This document shows, in pieces, positions 23,756 through 31,848 of a DNA stretch of 49,222 bases. The position numbers were made by a program, and so were the translations under genes. The DNA comes from a virus, in IMG/VR virus record IMGVR_UViG_3300031553_000005, positions 1-49,222 of that record; one strand, given 5' to 3'. The notes below the pieces were generated by a model. The model had not been told where the DNA came from, ran no database searches, and saw only the letters and a list, made by a program, of their open reading frames with translations. Position 1 is the stretch's first letter, and every line of letters starts with the position of its first letter.

Positions 23756-24456
23756 TCGCCTGGTGGTCACAGTCTCCCAAGCCGGGCAACCTGGGGGATG
23801 TACTCACTCCAATCATCCTCCAGGGAATGGGAGTGGATGTGAAGTGGGCACCCCGCAGAAAAGCCCGTCTGCTGGCCATCGGGAGCATCATACGCTTCGC
23901 AGTCCCCGGACAGTATGTGTGGGGCTCGGGAGCTATGTGGTCACACGATGTTCCGAGCCCCCGGGCTCGTTACCTGGCGGTGCGAGGACCCTTGACCCGG
24001 GCGGTGGTGCAACGTGCCGGCGGGGAATGTCCGCAAGTCTACGGGGATCCGGCGTTGCTACTTCCCCGGATCCACAATGGAGCGGTGGAGCAGCAGCACG
24101 ACGTTGCGATCGTGCCGCATTACGTGGATGAGAGGGGCGTGCGGGCCCGGTATCCGGGCTGGCACATCATAAGTTCGCTGCGGGCCAATCCCCTCCAGGT
24201 GGTGGATGAGATCCGCTCCTGTAAGGCCATTCTATCCTCTTCCCTGCACGGCATCATCGTCGCTCATGCCTATGGGATCCCCGCGGCCTGGGTCCGCTTC
24301 TCAAACCTGCTGGACGGCGATGACACCAAGTTCCGGGACCATGCTGCCGCGGTGGGAGTGAGTCTGCCGCCCTACAAGAGCCCGGAGAAGGCCGAGCCCG
24401 TACTGGGAACACTGGATACAGGTCCTCTGATGAAGGCACTGGAGGCGATACGGTGA
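23752..24456 (+). CDS. Polysaccharide pyruvyl transferase-like protein
   Basis: PGNLGDVLTPIIL near the N-terminus, AIGSI, and SSSLHGIIVAHAYGIPAAWV near the C-terminus. Confidence 0.6.
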   Translation: MIAWWSQSPKPGNLGDVLTPIILQGMGVDVKWAPRRKARLLAIGSIIRFAVPGQYVWGSGAMWSHDVPSPRARYLAVRGPLTRAVVQRAGGECPQVYGDPALLLPRIHNGAVEQQHDVAIVPHYVDERGVRARYPGWHIISSLRANPLQVVDEIRSCKAILSSSLHGIIVAHAYGIPAAWVRFSNLLDGDDTKFRDHAAAVGVSLPPYKSPEKAEPVLGTLDTGPLMKALEAIR

Positions 24457-25022
24457 ACGTGGTCCTGGTCAGCTTCTACACCCCGACCTGGGAGTATCCG
24501 GCGCACGCTCGGAGGCTAAGAAACGAGTGTGAAGTACTCGGCGTGGACCACCACATCGTTGAGAGAGAGGACGTGAAAGGCTGGCTGGCCAATACCCGTC
24601 AGAAGCCGCTGGTCCTGTTGGAAGCACTGCGCGAACTGAAGCGGCCCATCCTATGGACCGACGTGGACGGGTCCCTCTGCCGTAGGCCGGTAGGGCTGCG
24701 AAAGGACGTTGACTTCATGGCCCGGGCCCGACCGCCCAAGCAGGAACGGGCCTGGCACGTGGACACGCTCTACTTCAACACCACTCCGAGGGCTGAGGAG
24801 CTGTTGGAGCTGTGGATTGAGCATCTCACCGATCACTCCGATGGTCTGGCCCTGCATCAAGCATGGCAGTCCGGACGCTGGGGGGGGCGGTCTGCCCCAC
24901 TGCCTGCGGAGTACTATCCGGGTGCGAAGGCCCCTGTCATCCAGTACCGACGCTCGACGAGTCCGGGGAAGCGGGCCGATCAACGCCGGCTCAAGAGGGA
25001 GGGGCGTTATGCACCACTCTGA
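24453..25022 (+). CDS. Nucleotide-diphospho-sugar transferase-like protein
   Basis: GTGA overlap; VVLVSFYTPTWEY...NTRQKPLVLLEALRELKRPILWTDVDG. Confidence 0.45.
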   Translation: MNVVLVSFYTPTWEYPAHARRLRNECEVLGVDHHIVEREDVKGWLANTRQKPLVLLEALRELKRPILWTDVDGSLCRRPVGLRKDVDFMARARPPKQERAWHVDTLYFNTTPRAEELLELWIEHLTDHSDGLALHQAWQSGRWGGRSAPLPAEYYPGAKAPVIQYRRSTSPGKRADQRRLKREGRYAPL

Positions 25023-25584
25023 GCGCCGGGCCCGGGAGTTGCTCGGACGGCTGGACATCGTGAGCCCCTATGGTGCCGAGATAGGTGTCTGGAAGGGGGA
25101 GATGTCCCGAAACCTGCTCATGCTTAATCCCCTTCTCCGGCTGCTGATGGTCGACAACTGGAAGTCAGCAAGAGAACGGAGCAAGGCATACCGGATATCC
25201 GGGGACTACATCGCACGGGTAAATGTCCAGCGCATGGGACTGGCCAAGAGACAGGCCCATGAATCCACCGAGTTTGCTGCCGGGCGCCGTACAATTCTGT
25301 ATACCGATTCACTGGACGCTGCGGGTCTCGTCCCGAAGGCCTCCCTGGACTTCGTGTTCATCGACGCCGAGCACACCTATGAGGCCGCGACCGCCGACAT
25401 CCAGGCGTGGTTGCCGGCCATCAAACCCGGAGGGCTGCTGAGTGGCCATGACTACAGCCCGCCGGGTGAACTCAGCCCGAAAGGCTGGCCCGGGGTGGTC
25501 AGGGCCGTGGACGAGTTCGTAGAGAGAGGCGGCCTAACCCTCGACCGTGGAGAGCAGGCGACATGGTTCATCCGGCTGCCATAA
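25009..25584 (+). CDS. Class I SAM-dependent methyltransferase (Methyltransf_24 / O-MT family 3-like)
   Basis: GAEIGVWKGEMS...LDFVFIDAEHTYEAATADIQAWLPAIKPGGLLSGHDY...GVVRAVDEF. Confidence 0.65.
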   Translation: MHHSERRARELLGRLDIVSPYGAEIGVWKGEMSRNLLMLNPLLRLLMVDNWKSARERSKAYRISGDYIARVNVQRMGLAKRQAHESTEFAAGRRTILYTDSLDAAGLVPKASLDFVFIDAEHTYEAATADIQAWLPAIKPGGLLSGHDYSPPGELSPKGWPGVVRAVDEFVERGGLTLDRGEQATWFIRLP

Positions 25585-26288
25585 ACACCCGCGACCAGTG
25601 GGCCGAGATCGCGATCGCCGCCTACTCGGCCATGGTCACTGATCGCATGCACTTTGCCCAGGCAGCCTACCGGGACGGGGAGTGGTACTGCATCGGCGGC
25701 AGCAGCGGGAAGACCATCAATGCCGAGGAGTTCAATCCCGAACTGGGGAACCTATTGGCCCGAACCCTACTCGAGCCTGTCGGCCAGTGGTGCGTGCTCT
25801 GGTGGAAGCATCCCAGGATGGGCAGGCAGGCATTCAACATCGCAAAGAAGTGGATCGCTACCCACAAGCCCGATGTGCGTTGGATTCCCGATCGCCCCAT
25901 CAGCCGGGCGAATGAGATCGGCATGGCCGCACCCTTCTGGCAGGCCTGCAGGAGTCGAAGGGTGGTGGCTGTCGGACCTGCACACATGGCCAATCTGGAT
26001 CTGTTCGACATCGCCGAGCATATCATCGTGCCCCCCAGGGTGGCCTGGAAGCACACCAACAGTGTCTGCGAGCAGGTCCTGACCGTCTATCGACCGCATG
26101 ATCTGATTCTCTTTGCCGCCGGCATGGGCTCGAACCTGATGATATGGAAGCTCTGGCCGCAGCTGAGAGGCAAGGCAACGCTGCTGGATATCGGAGCCGC
26201 GCTGGACCCCTACTGTGGCCACTTCAGCCGAGGCATCTTCCGCGAACCCGGATGGCAGGAGAACATCATGCCCAGGAATATCCCGTGA
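25563..26288 (+). CDS. GT-D (DUF1792)-like glycosyltransferase candidate
   Basis: YRDGEWYCIGG (compare the RxGDGE motif) and LFAAGMGSNLMIWKLW...ATLLDIGAALDPY. Confidence 0.4.
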   Translation: MVHPAAINTRDQWAEIAIAAYSAMVTDRMHFAQAAYRDGEWYCIGGSSGKTINAEEFNPELGNLLARTLLEPVGQWCVLWWKHPRMGRQAFNIAKKWIATHKPDVRWIPDRPISRANEIGMAAPFWQACRSRRVVAVGPAHMANLDLFDIAEHIIVPPRVAWKHTNSVCEQVLTVYRPHDLILFAAGMGSNLMIWKLWPQLRGKATLLDIGAALDPYCGHFSRGIFREPGWQENIMPRNIP

Positions 26289-27307
26289 GGCTGCTCATCA
26301 CTGGGCACACGGGCTTCAAGGGCGCCTGGCTGAGCCTTCTGGCCGAACAGGAGGGCCACGAGGTGGGTGGATATGGTCTGTCCCGAACCGCCGGCCCGTC
26401 GTTTTATAAGGTGGCCCGCATCCGAGAGCACCTGGCCTTTGAGAGGCGAGAAGACGTTACGGACATGCTCGCACTCCGACAGGCGGTGGCCGCCTTCCGT
26501 CCTGAGGTTGTCTTTCATCTCGCGGCCCGCGCCATTCTCCTGGAGTCGTTCGGTGCCCCGGTGGGGACCATACGCAACAACGTGATTGGAACAGCCGCGG
26601 TCCTGGAAGCGGTAAGGCACTGCCCGGGTGTTGCTGGAACCGTCATTGTGACCACCGACAAGGTCTACCGCAACGACGGAAGAAGCGATGGATATAAGGA
26701 GACAGATCGACTGGGTGGACTGGATCCTTATGGAGCAAGCAAGGCGGCCGCAGAGCTGGTGGTGGACAGCTATCGACACACCTATGCCCTGAATGTTGCC
26801 ACGGCCCGGAGCGGGAATGTTATCGGAGGGGGCGATTGGGGACCGCGCAGGTTGGTACCCACCTGCTTGGAGGCATTCAGCAGGGGCGAAGAGCCGACCA
26901 TCTATGATGCTGCCCGCCCGTTCCTGCATGTGCTGGATACCCTGCGTGGATACCTGCTGCTGGCTGAGAGGCTATGTGTGGAACCGGAGATCTCCGGGGG
27001 ATACAACTTCGGTCCCGGTCAGGTAACTCCACTGTATGAGGTTGCTGACCATATCGCAGCCCGCATGGGTGGGTTCTACCGGAAGGCGGGCAAACCCCCG
27101 GGCGAAGCATCCATGCTTGCGCTTGATAGCAGCAAGGCCCGAAAGGTCCTCGGGTGGGCGCCACGATGGGGCATCGCCGAGATACTGGATCGGACCGTGG
27201 AGTGGTATCAGGCATGGCGTCTGGGCTCAGACATGGAACTAGTGAGTATCGAGCAGATTGACGCACACCGCAGTGAGTCGGTCCGCGAAGAGGATGTGGT
27301 GGTATGA
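26285..27307 (+). CDS. Extended SDR NDP-sugar 4,6-dehydratase (CDP-glucose 4,6-dehydratase-like)
   Basis: GTGA overlap; LITGHTGFKGAWLSLLL-type N-terminus (ITGHTGFKGAWL), VFHLAA, TTDKVY, YGASKAAAE (YxxxK). Confidence 0.7.
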   Translation: MRLLITGHTGFKGAWLSLLAEQEGHEVGGYGLSRTAGPSFYKVARIREHLAFERREDVTDMLALRQAVAAFRPEVVFHLAARAILLESFGAPVGTIRNNVIGTAAVLEAVRHCPGVAGTVIVTTDKVYRNDGRSDGYKETDRLGGLDPYGASKAAAELVVDSYRHTYALNVATARSGNVIGGGDWGPRRLVPTCLEAFSRGEEPTIYDAARPFLHVLDTLRGYLLLAERLCVEPEISGGYNFGPGQVTPLYEVADHIAARMGGFYRKAGKPPGEASMLALDSSKARKVLGWAPRWGIAEILDRTVEWYQAWRLGSDMELVSIEQIDAHRSESVREEDVVV

Positions 27308-27867
27308 GGGGCATCGTGTTGGGCGGCGCAGCCTGTATCTGGAAGGACGTGGACCGGCTGGAGGCCATGATCGGCCAGCAGTGGAATGAGATCGTGGTGG
27401 CGGCGAACGATATCGGGTGTCATTGGCCGCGGGAGATGCATGGCTGGTGTTCACTCCATCCCGAGAAGATGGACCAGTGGGTGAAAATCCGGGAGCGTAA
27501 GAGGCTGCCCGGAGGATTCATCACCTATGCAAAAGACGGGAGAAAGAGAAGGGGCATCGACGCCACGGTGCGCCACCGATTCGGAAGCGGCTCGTCAGGT
27601 CTACTGGGCGTCTCAGTGGCCCTACATCTTGGATGTACGAAGATCGTGCTGTGCGGAATCCCCATGACCCGGGAGCCCTACTTCGCGGAGTCCGAGGTCC
27701 ACCCTAAGGGTAAGGCATTCTCCTCGGCGGACTCCCACTGGAGAAAGTGGCTGCTGTATGCGGAGAAGATGCAGGGCACCGTTAAGTCGATGAGTGGACG
27801 CACCAGGGACCTACTTGGAGAACCTACACTGGAATGGTTGGGTGAAGACGATGGCAAAGACCCCTGA
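27304..27867 (+). CDS. DUF115/Maf-like (MptE-like fold) putative glycan transferase
   Basis: ATGA overlap; IVLGGAACIW...VVAANDIG...GSGSSGLLGVSVALHLGCTKIVLCGIPM. Confidence 0.35.
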   Translation: MRGIVLGGAACIWKDVDRLEAMIGQQWNEIVVAANDIGCHWPREMHGWCSLHPEKMDQWVKIRERKRLPGGFITYAKDGRKRRGIDATVRHRFGSGSSGLLGVSVALHLGCTKIVLCGIPMTREPYFAESEVHPKGKAFSSADSHWRKWLLYAEKMQGTVKSMSGRTRDLLGEPTLEWLGEDDGKDP

Positions 27868-29347
27868 GTATCGAGGCGGCGGATGGTATCAGCTTCCCGA
27901 TGGGAGCAAAGTCAAAGGTAGGCAGGCAGCCCTTCGGGCGACGAACACGGAAGCCGATACGCATACGCTTCAACGGTTGGACTTCGCTTCCCGGGCGGGC
28001 CTACAGTACGGAGAAGATCGGGATATCTACAAGGTTGCGGGCTACAAGAAGACGCCGACCTTCAAGGATTATTGGGCCTACTACGACCGCCACCCCATCG
28101 CAGGCCGCATTGTCGACCTTGCAGCCAAGACCACCTGGCGTGAGCCCCCGGATATCGTTGAGCCCGAGAAGGAAGATGGCACCGAGTTCACTAAGGCGGT
28201 CACGGAGATGGCGGATCGGCTAAAGCTATGGAGCCGGTTCGAGTCTGCGGATAGGCTGAGCCGTATCGGTCAATACAGTGTGCTGTTCATCGGCGTGAAG
28301 GGCGGAACAGATGATATGAGCATACCGCTGGAACGTCTCTCGGATCCCGATGATGTGGCCTATCTGATGCAGTACTCTGAGCAGTATGCGAAGATCGTCG
28401 AATGGGTGACCGACCCTACCGACGAGCGATTCGGCCTGCCCAAACTCTACGAGATCGACTTCTCCCGCCGGAACTCCAAGTTCAGGGTCAGACGCTCCAA
28501 GGTCCACTGGTCGAGGGTGCTGCACATCGCAGAGGACCCTCTCGAGGACGACGTATATGGACGCCCCATCCTCAAGCGTGTCCTCAACACGATCTTCAAC
28601 GATGACAAGGTGGATGCCGCGAGTGCGGAAGCGTTCTGGCAACTCGCGGACAAGATACTCCAACTGAAGATCGACCCTGAAGCGCAACTGTCCGAGGACG
28701 ACAAAGATGATGTAGACGAGAAACTGCAGTTACTCTACCACGACCTGCGCAAGTATTTCACCCTTCAGGGTGGCGAACTCTCCTGGCTGGGTGGAGAGAC
28801 CGCCGACCCTACGGCGATATCCGAGATCCTGGCCATGAAGATGGCAGCTGGCAGTGGATATCCCCGGAGAATCCTGTTCGGGGCCGAGCAGGGAGAACTT
28901 GCCTCCAGTCAGGACGAGCGCAACTACCGGGGCACGATATCCGAGCGGCAGGAACAACATGCAGAGCCCAACATGGTCCGGGCCTTCATTGATCGGCTCA
29001 TAGAACTCGGTGCGCTACCGACACCAGGACCAGAGGGCTATGATGTGTTGTGGCCCGAACTCTACGAGGCCACCGACGAGGAGAAGGCCACGACCGCCAA
29101 GGCTCGTGCCGACACCGCCAAGATACTCACACCCATAGGGGGCGATCCCTATGAGCTAGTCACGGTCGACGACGAGGGCATGGTACGGTTGCGCACCTCA
29201 GAAGAGGTGTGGGCCGAGCGGGAAGCCATGCCCGAGCCCGAACCCGGATTCATCCTTCCGCCCGAACCCGGGGGCGAAGAAGAAGAAGAAATCGCAGCTC
29301 GTAGCCGCTGGTGGCCACAGAGGAAGAGGAGGCCGCATGAAAGCTGA
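27851..29347 (+). CDS. Portal protein (DUF1073-type)
   Basis: 498 aa. Acidic, Glu-rich C-terminus. Lies upstream of the Mu F-like gene. YGRPILKRV segment. Alternative GTG start at 27794. Confidence 0.7.
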   Translation: MAKTPEYRGGGWYQLPDGSKVKGRQAALRATNTEADTHTLQRLDFASRAGLQYGEDRDIYKVAGYKKTPTFKDYWAYYDRHPIAGRIVDLAAKTTWREPPDIVEPEKEDGTEFTKAVTEMADRLKLWSRFESADRLSRIGQYSVLFIGVKGGTDDMSIPLERLSDPDDVAYLMQYSEQYAKIVEWVTDPTDERFGLPKLYEIDFSRRNSKFRVRRSKVHWSRVLHIAEDPLEDDVYGRPILKRVLNTIFNDDKVDAASAEAFWQLADKILQLKIDPEAQLSEDDKDDVDEKLQLLYHDLRKYFTLQGGELSWLGGETADPTAISEILAMKMAAGSGYPRRILFGAEQGELASSQDERNYRGTISERQEQHAEPNMVRAFIDRLIELGALPTPGPEGYDVLWPELYEATDEEKATTAKARADTAKILTPIGGDPYELVTVDDEGMVRLRTSEEVWAEREAMPEPEPGFILPPEPGGEEEEEIAARSRWWPQRKRRPHES

Positions 29348-29519
29348 AGACCTGGCCAAGCTCGGACAGAACGCAAAGGCCTTCGCCAAGGCCTATGTGC
29401 AGCTGAAGGAAGAGCTGATCCGTCAGGGGGTTGAGGCTGAGGAGGCGAAGGTGGTCGCTCGCTCGGCGGCCATGATGACCATCTTCAATCCCGACGAGGA
29501 GAAGCCGTGGGACACGTAG
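29337..29519 (+). CDS. Small helical hypothetical protein
   Basis: 60 aa, overlapping portal stop and Mu F-like start. Confidence 0.45.
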   Translation: MKAEDLAKLGQNAKAFAKAYVQLKEELIRQGVEAEEAKVVARSAAMMTIFNPDEEKPWDT

Positions 29520-31504
29520 TCTGTGTTCACCATGCCCACAATAGGGCTGCCGGTCCTTCTTCCCGCACTCACCGTATCGTTCGGCGCATTGCGGACCGCT
29601 ACGGATCCAACATCGCGGACGCCTTCCTGACTGCTCTCTCCCGATTGGATGCGGGCATCGATAAGGTGGAACTGTCAAGTGCGGTCGCCTCAGGGGATGT
29701 CAATGCCATCGTGGCCGCTATCGGCCCGTCGCGGTTGGGGGCGATCTTCGCCGGCGGTGACTCACTTTCGAAGGTCTTGCAGGACACGGCGGCGGCCAGC
29801 GGCGGGTTGGGTATGGATGTTCTGAGCGAGGTCACCGGTATGCAGGCCAGCTTCAATGCCGTGGATCCCAATGTGGTGATGTTCGCCCGCGAGAGGGCTG
29901 CCCGCCTGGTGGTCGATGTGACCGAGGACGTGATCGAGGCTGTGCGTATCGTGATTGCTGCGGGTGCTGCTGAGGGGCTGACCACCGTGCAGCAAGCGCG
30001 AGCAATCCGGGAGGTTGTGGGCCTGCCGCCCAACTGGGCCGAGGCTCCCTCACGGCTTGCCTCCGAGCTTCGTGCGGGGCGATTCACCTCCAGCCGACGC
30101 CTTTCAGCAATCGACAAAGCCCGTATCCGCAAGAGACTGAAAGAGGGGACGATCACCGAGGACTTCATCTCCGAGATACAGGCGAATTACGCCCGCAGCC
30201 TGACCAATCGCAGAGCACTCAACATCGCCCGCACCGAGAGCGCTACCTCGGCCAATCATGGTATGCGTACCGGCTGGAGACAGGCACGAGATCAGGGTGT
30301 GCTGTCCGAGGACGTGAAGCGCATCGTGGTAGTCACCCACGACGAGGAGTTGAGGGAGACACATGCCGCCGTCCCGTTCATGAATCAGGGGGGCGTAGGC
30401 CTGGATGAACCCTTCGAAACCCCCTGGGGGCCTCTCATGGGCCCGCCCTGGGATCCCGACCCTTACAACTGCCTACTGCCCGGCACTCCCGTAAGGGGTC
30501 GGTTCGTGGCTGGGGTTCGTGCCCACTATCGCGGCGAAGTAATCACCATCCATACTGCCGGGGGGCGCAAGCTCGCCGTCACCTCGAATCACCCAGTACT
30601 CACCCGCGACGGCTTCGTTGCGGCCCAGCGTGTGCGCGATGGACACCAGCTTCTCTGCTACAGCGGGGACGCGCATGGGGCAACCGCGCCGGGGGCGCAC
30701 GAACACGGGGCGCCAGCCGCTGTTGACGATGTGTTCCATGCGCTCGGCAAGCTTTGGGGCCAGGAGCTCCGAGACCTTTCTGTTGAAGATCTCCACGGCG
30801 ACGCGGCAGGCACTGATGGTAAGGTCGATGTTGTACGGCCCGACAGGGTATTGCTGGTCGACGGGCTCGCCCAACCTCTCGATGGCGGCGGCAATAGCAT
30901 TCTCGTACTTACCACGCCGCCCACCATTTCGGTAGCGAGTGAGGGCTCGGGCGGCCATGGCCTCGGAGCTGTCCACGCGACCGCGCGCAGCGGCGTGGGC
31001 GGGGCCGAGCTGCCTGCGAACGGCTTCAGGGTCCGCCTTGAGTTGTTGCCATTTCAGCTTCTCGGCTTCGGAGCGCCCCCGGAGTTGTATCCCGGCGCGT
31101 TTGAGTCGATGGGCAATCACGCTACGGTCGTGCCCGGTTCTCTCGCTGATCGCCTTGACCGATTCGCCCGAGAGATAGGCGGCGCTGATGCCGGGCACGT
31201 CGATCTTCTTCCAAAGGTGGTGCTTCCGCCCAACGGAGGACTTCATCGGCCGGGCCGGCAGCCTCCATTCGATACGCCTCTGTCTCACGGTGGCAGTACT
31301 GACTCCAAGCTCGCTCGCGACCTCTTGGAGCGTCATGCTGGATTGGTAGAGCTGGACGAAGTGGTCGCGGTCGATGTCAGCTCGTGGCATGGGCATGTGT
31401 ACGACCTCCAGTCGGTTACGGGCTTTAATATCGCATCTGATGTCTTTGTTAGCAACTGCCGCTGTGGTGAAGGGCTGATCTTCCCTGGGGGCGGGGTGCT
31501 GTGA
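29507..31504 (+). CDS. Mu F / SPP1 gp7-like minor head protein interrupted by an intein
   Basis: Phage_Mu_F-like NRRALNIARTESATSANHG...; the N-extein ends PWDPDPYN and the C-extein resumes CRCGEGLIF, recreating the family NCRC motif. Confidence 0.8.
   Translation: MGHVVCVHHAHNRAAGPSSRTHRIVRRIADRYGSNIADAFLTALSRLDAGIDKVELSSAVASGDVNAIVAAIGPSRLGAIFAGGDSLSKVLQDTAAASGGLGMDVLSEVTGMQASFNAVDPNVVMFARERAARLVVDVTEDVIEAVRIVIAAGAAEGLTTVQQARAIREVVGLPPNWAEAPSRLASELRAGRFTSSRRLSAIDKARIRKRLKEGTITEDFISEIQANYARSLTNRRALNIARTESATSANHGMRTGWRQARDQGVLSEDVKRIVVVTHDEELRETHAAVPFMNQGGVGLDEPFETPWGPLMGPPWDPDPYNCLLPGTPVRGRFVAGVRAHYRGEVITIHTAGGRKLAVTSNHPVLTRDGFVAAQRVRDGHQLLCYSGDAHGATAPGAHEHGAPAAVDDVFHALGKLWGQELRDLSVEDLHGDAAGTDGKVDVVRPDRVLLVDGLAQPLDGGGNSILVLTTPPTISVASEGSGGHGLGAVHATARSGVGGAELPANGFRVRLELLPFQLLGFGAPPELYPGAFESMGNHATVVPGSLADRLDRFAREIGGADAGHVDLLPKVVLPPNGGLHRPGRQPPFDTPLSHGGSTDSKLARDLLERHAGLVELDEVVAVDVSSWHGHVYDLQSVTGFNIASDVFVSNCRCGEGLIFPGGGVL
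30470..31456 (+). mobile_element. Intein (329 codons) in the Mu F-like gene
   Basis: Begins CLLPGTPVRG (block A), contains VTSNHPVLT (block B TxxH), and ends HGHVYDLQSVTGFNIASDVFVSN followed by +1 Cys. Confidence 0.75.
30473..31396 (-). CDS. Antisense-encoded homing-endonuclease candidate: two HTH segments plus Vsr/DUF559-like PD-(D/E)xK nuclease
   Basis: ATG at 31396 preceded by GGAGG (8-nt spacer). High GC3 on this strand. HTH-like segments LQEVASELGVSTATVRQRR and VKAISERTGHDRSVIAHRLKRAG. Nuclease-like YENAIAAAIERLGEPVDQQYPVGPYNIDL...VAVEIFNRK...GWRPVFVR. Confidence 0.65.
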   Translation of the reverse strand: MPMPRADIDRDHFVQLYQSSMTLQEVASELGVSTATVRQRRIEWRLPARPMKSSVGRKHHLWKKIDVPGISAAYLSGESVKAISERTGHDRSVIAHRLKRAGIQLRGRSEAEKLKWQQLKADPEAVRRQLGPAHAAARGRVDSSEAMAARALTRYRNGGRRGKYENAIAAAIERLGEPVDQQYPVGPYNIDLTISACRVAVEIFNRKVSELLAPKLAERMEHIVNSGWRPVFVRPRRGCPMRVPAVAEKLVSIAHTLGRNEAVAGEYWVIRGDGELAPPGSMDGDYFAAIVGTNPSHEPTPYGSAGQ

Positions 31505-31698
31505 GCACAACTCAAACCGAGAGGCTCACTGAGTCGGCCCGCAATGCACTGGCGTATTTCGAGCGGCGTCTACGTGATGGGCACAGTGGCAGCATTACGT
31601 TTGAATGTTTAGAGGGTGGTGTGCGGGACATCAAAGAAAGCCGCACAGTTAAGTTAAAGGAGTTGAACGGGAAGAAGTGGCTATCTCATAACACTTGA
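31501..31698 (+). CDS. Hypothetical protein
   Basis: GTGA overlap with the Mu F-like stop; 65 aa; lower GC. Confidence 0.45.
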   Translation: MSTTQTERLTESARNALAYFERRLRDGHSGSITFECLEGGVRDIKESRTVKLKELNGKKWLSHNT

Positions 31699-31723
31699 CC
31701 ATGTCGTACACTCATGGTAGGAT
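31695..31723 (+). promoter_or_regulatory. Sigma70-like promoter TTGACC-17 nt-TAGGAT
   Basis: Hexamers at 31695..31700 and 31718..31723 in an AT-richer gap. Confidence 0.45.
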
Positions 31724-31788
31724 AGCATCTGTGAAATAGCACGACATACCGGCAGTTAATTCTCTCTGCCATCAGGCGGACAGGAATG

Positions 31789-31839
31789 AGCCCCGGCGCA
31801 CTCTCCAGTAGGAGAGAGGTGTCGGGGCTTTCTGCGTTT
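31789..31839 (+). terminator. Strong hairpin plus T-rich tail between the promoter and the protease/scaffold gene
   Basis: AGCCCCGGC/GTCGGGGCT outer stem (one G-U) and CTCTCC agta GGAGAG inner stem, then TTTCTGCGTTT; SD GAGGGG and ATG 31849 follow. Confidence 0.5.
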
Positions 31840-31848
31840 GAGGGGACT

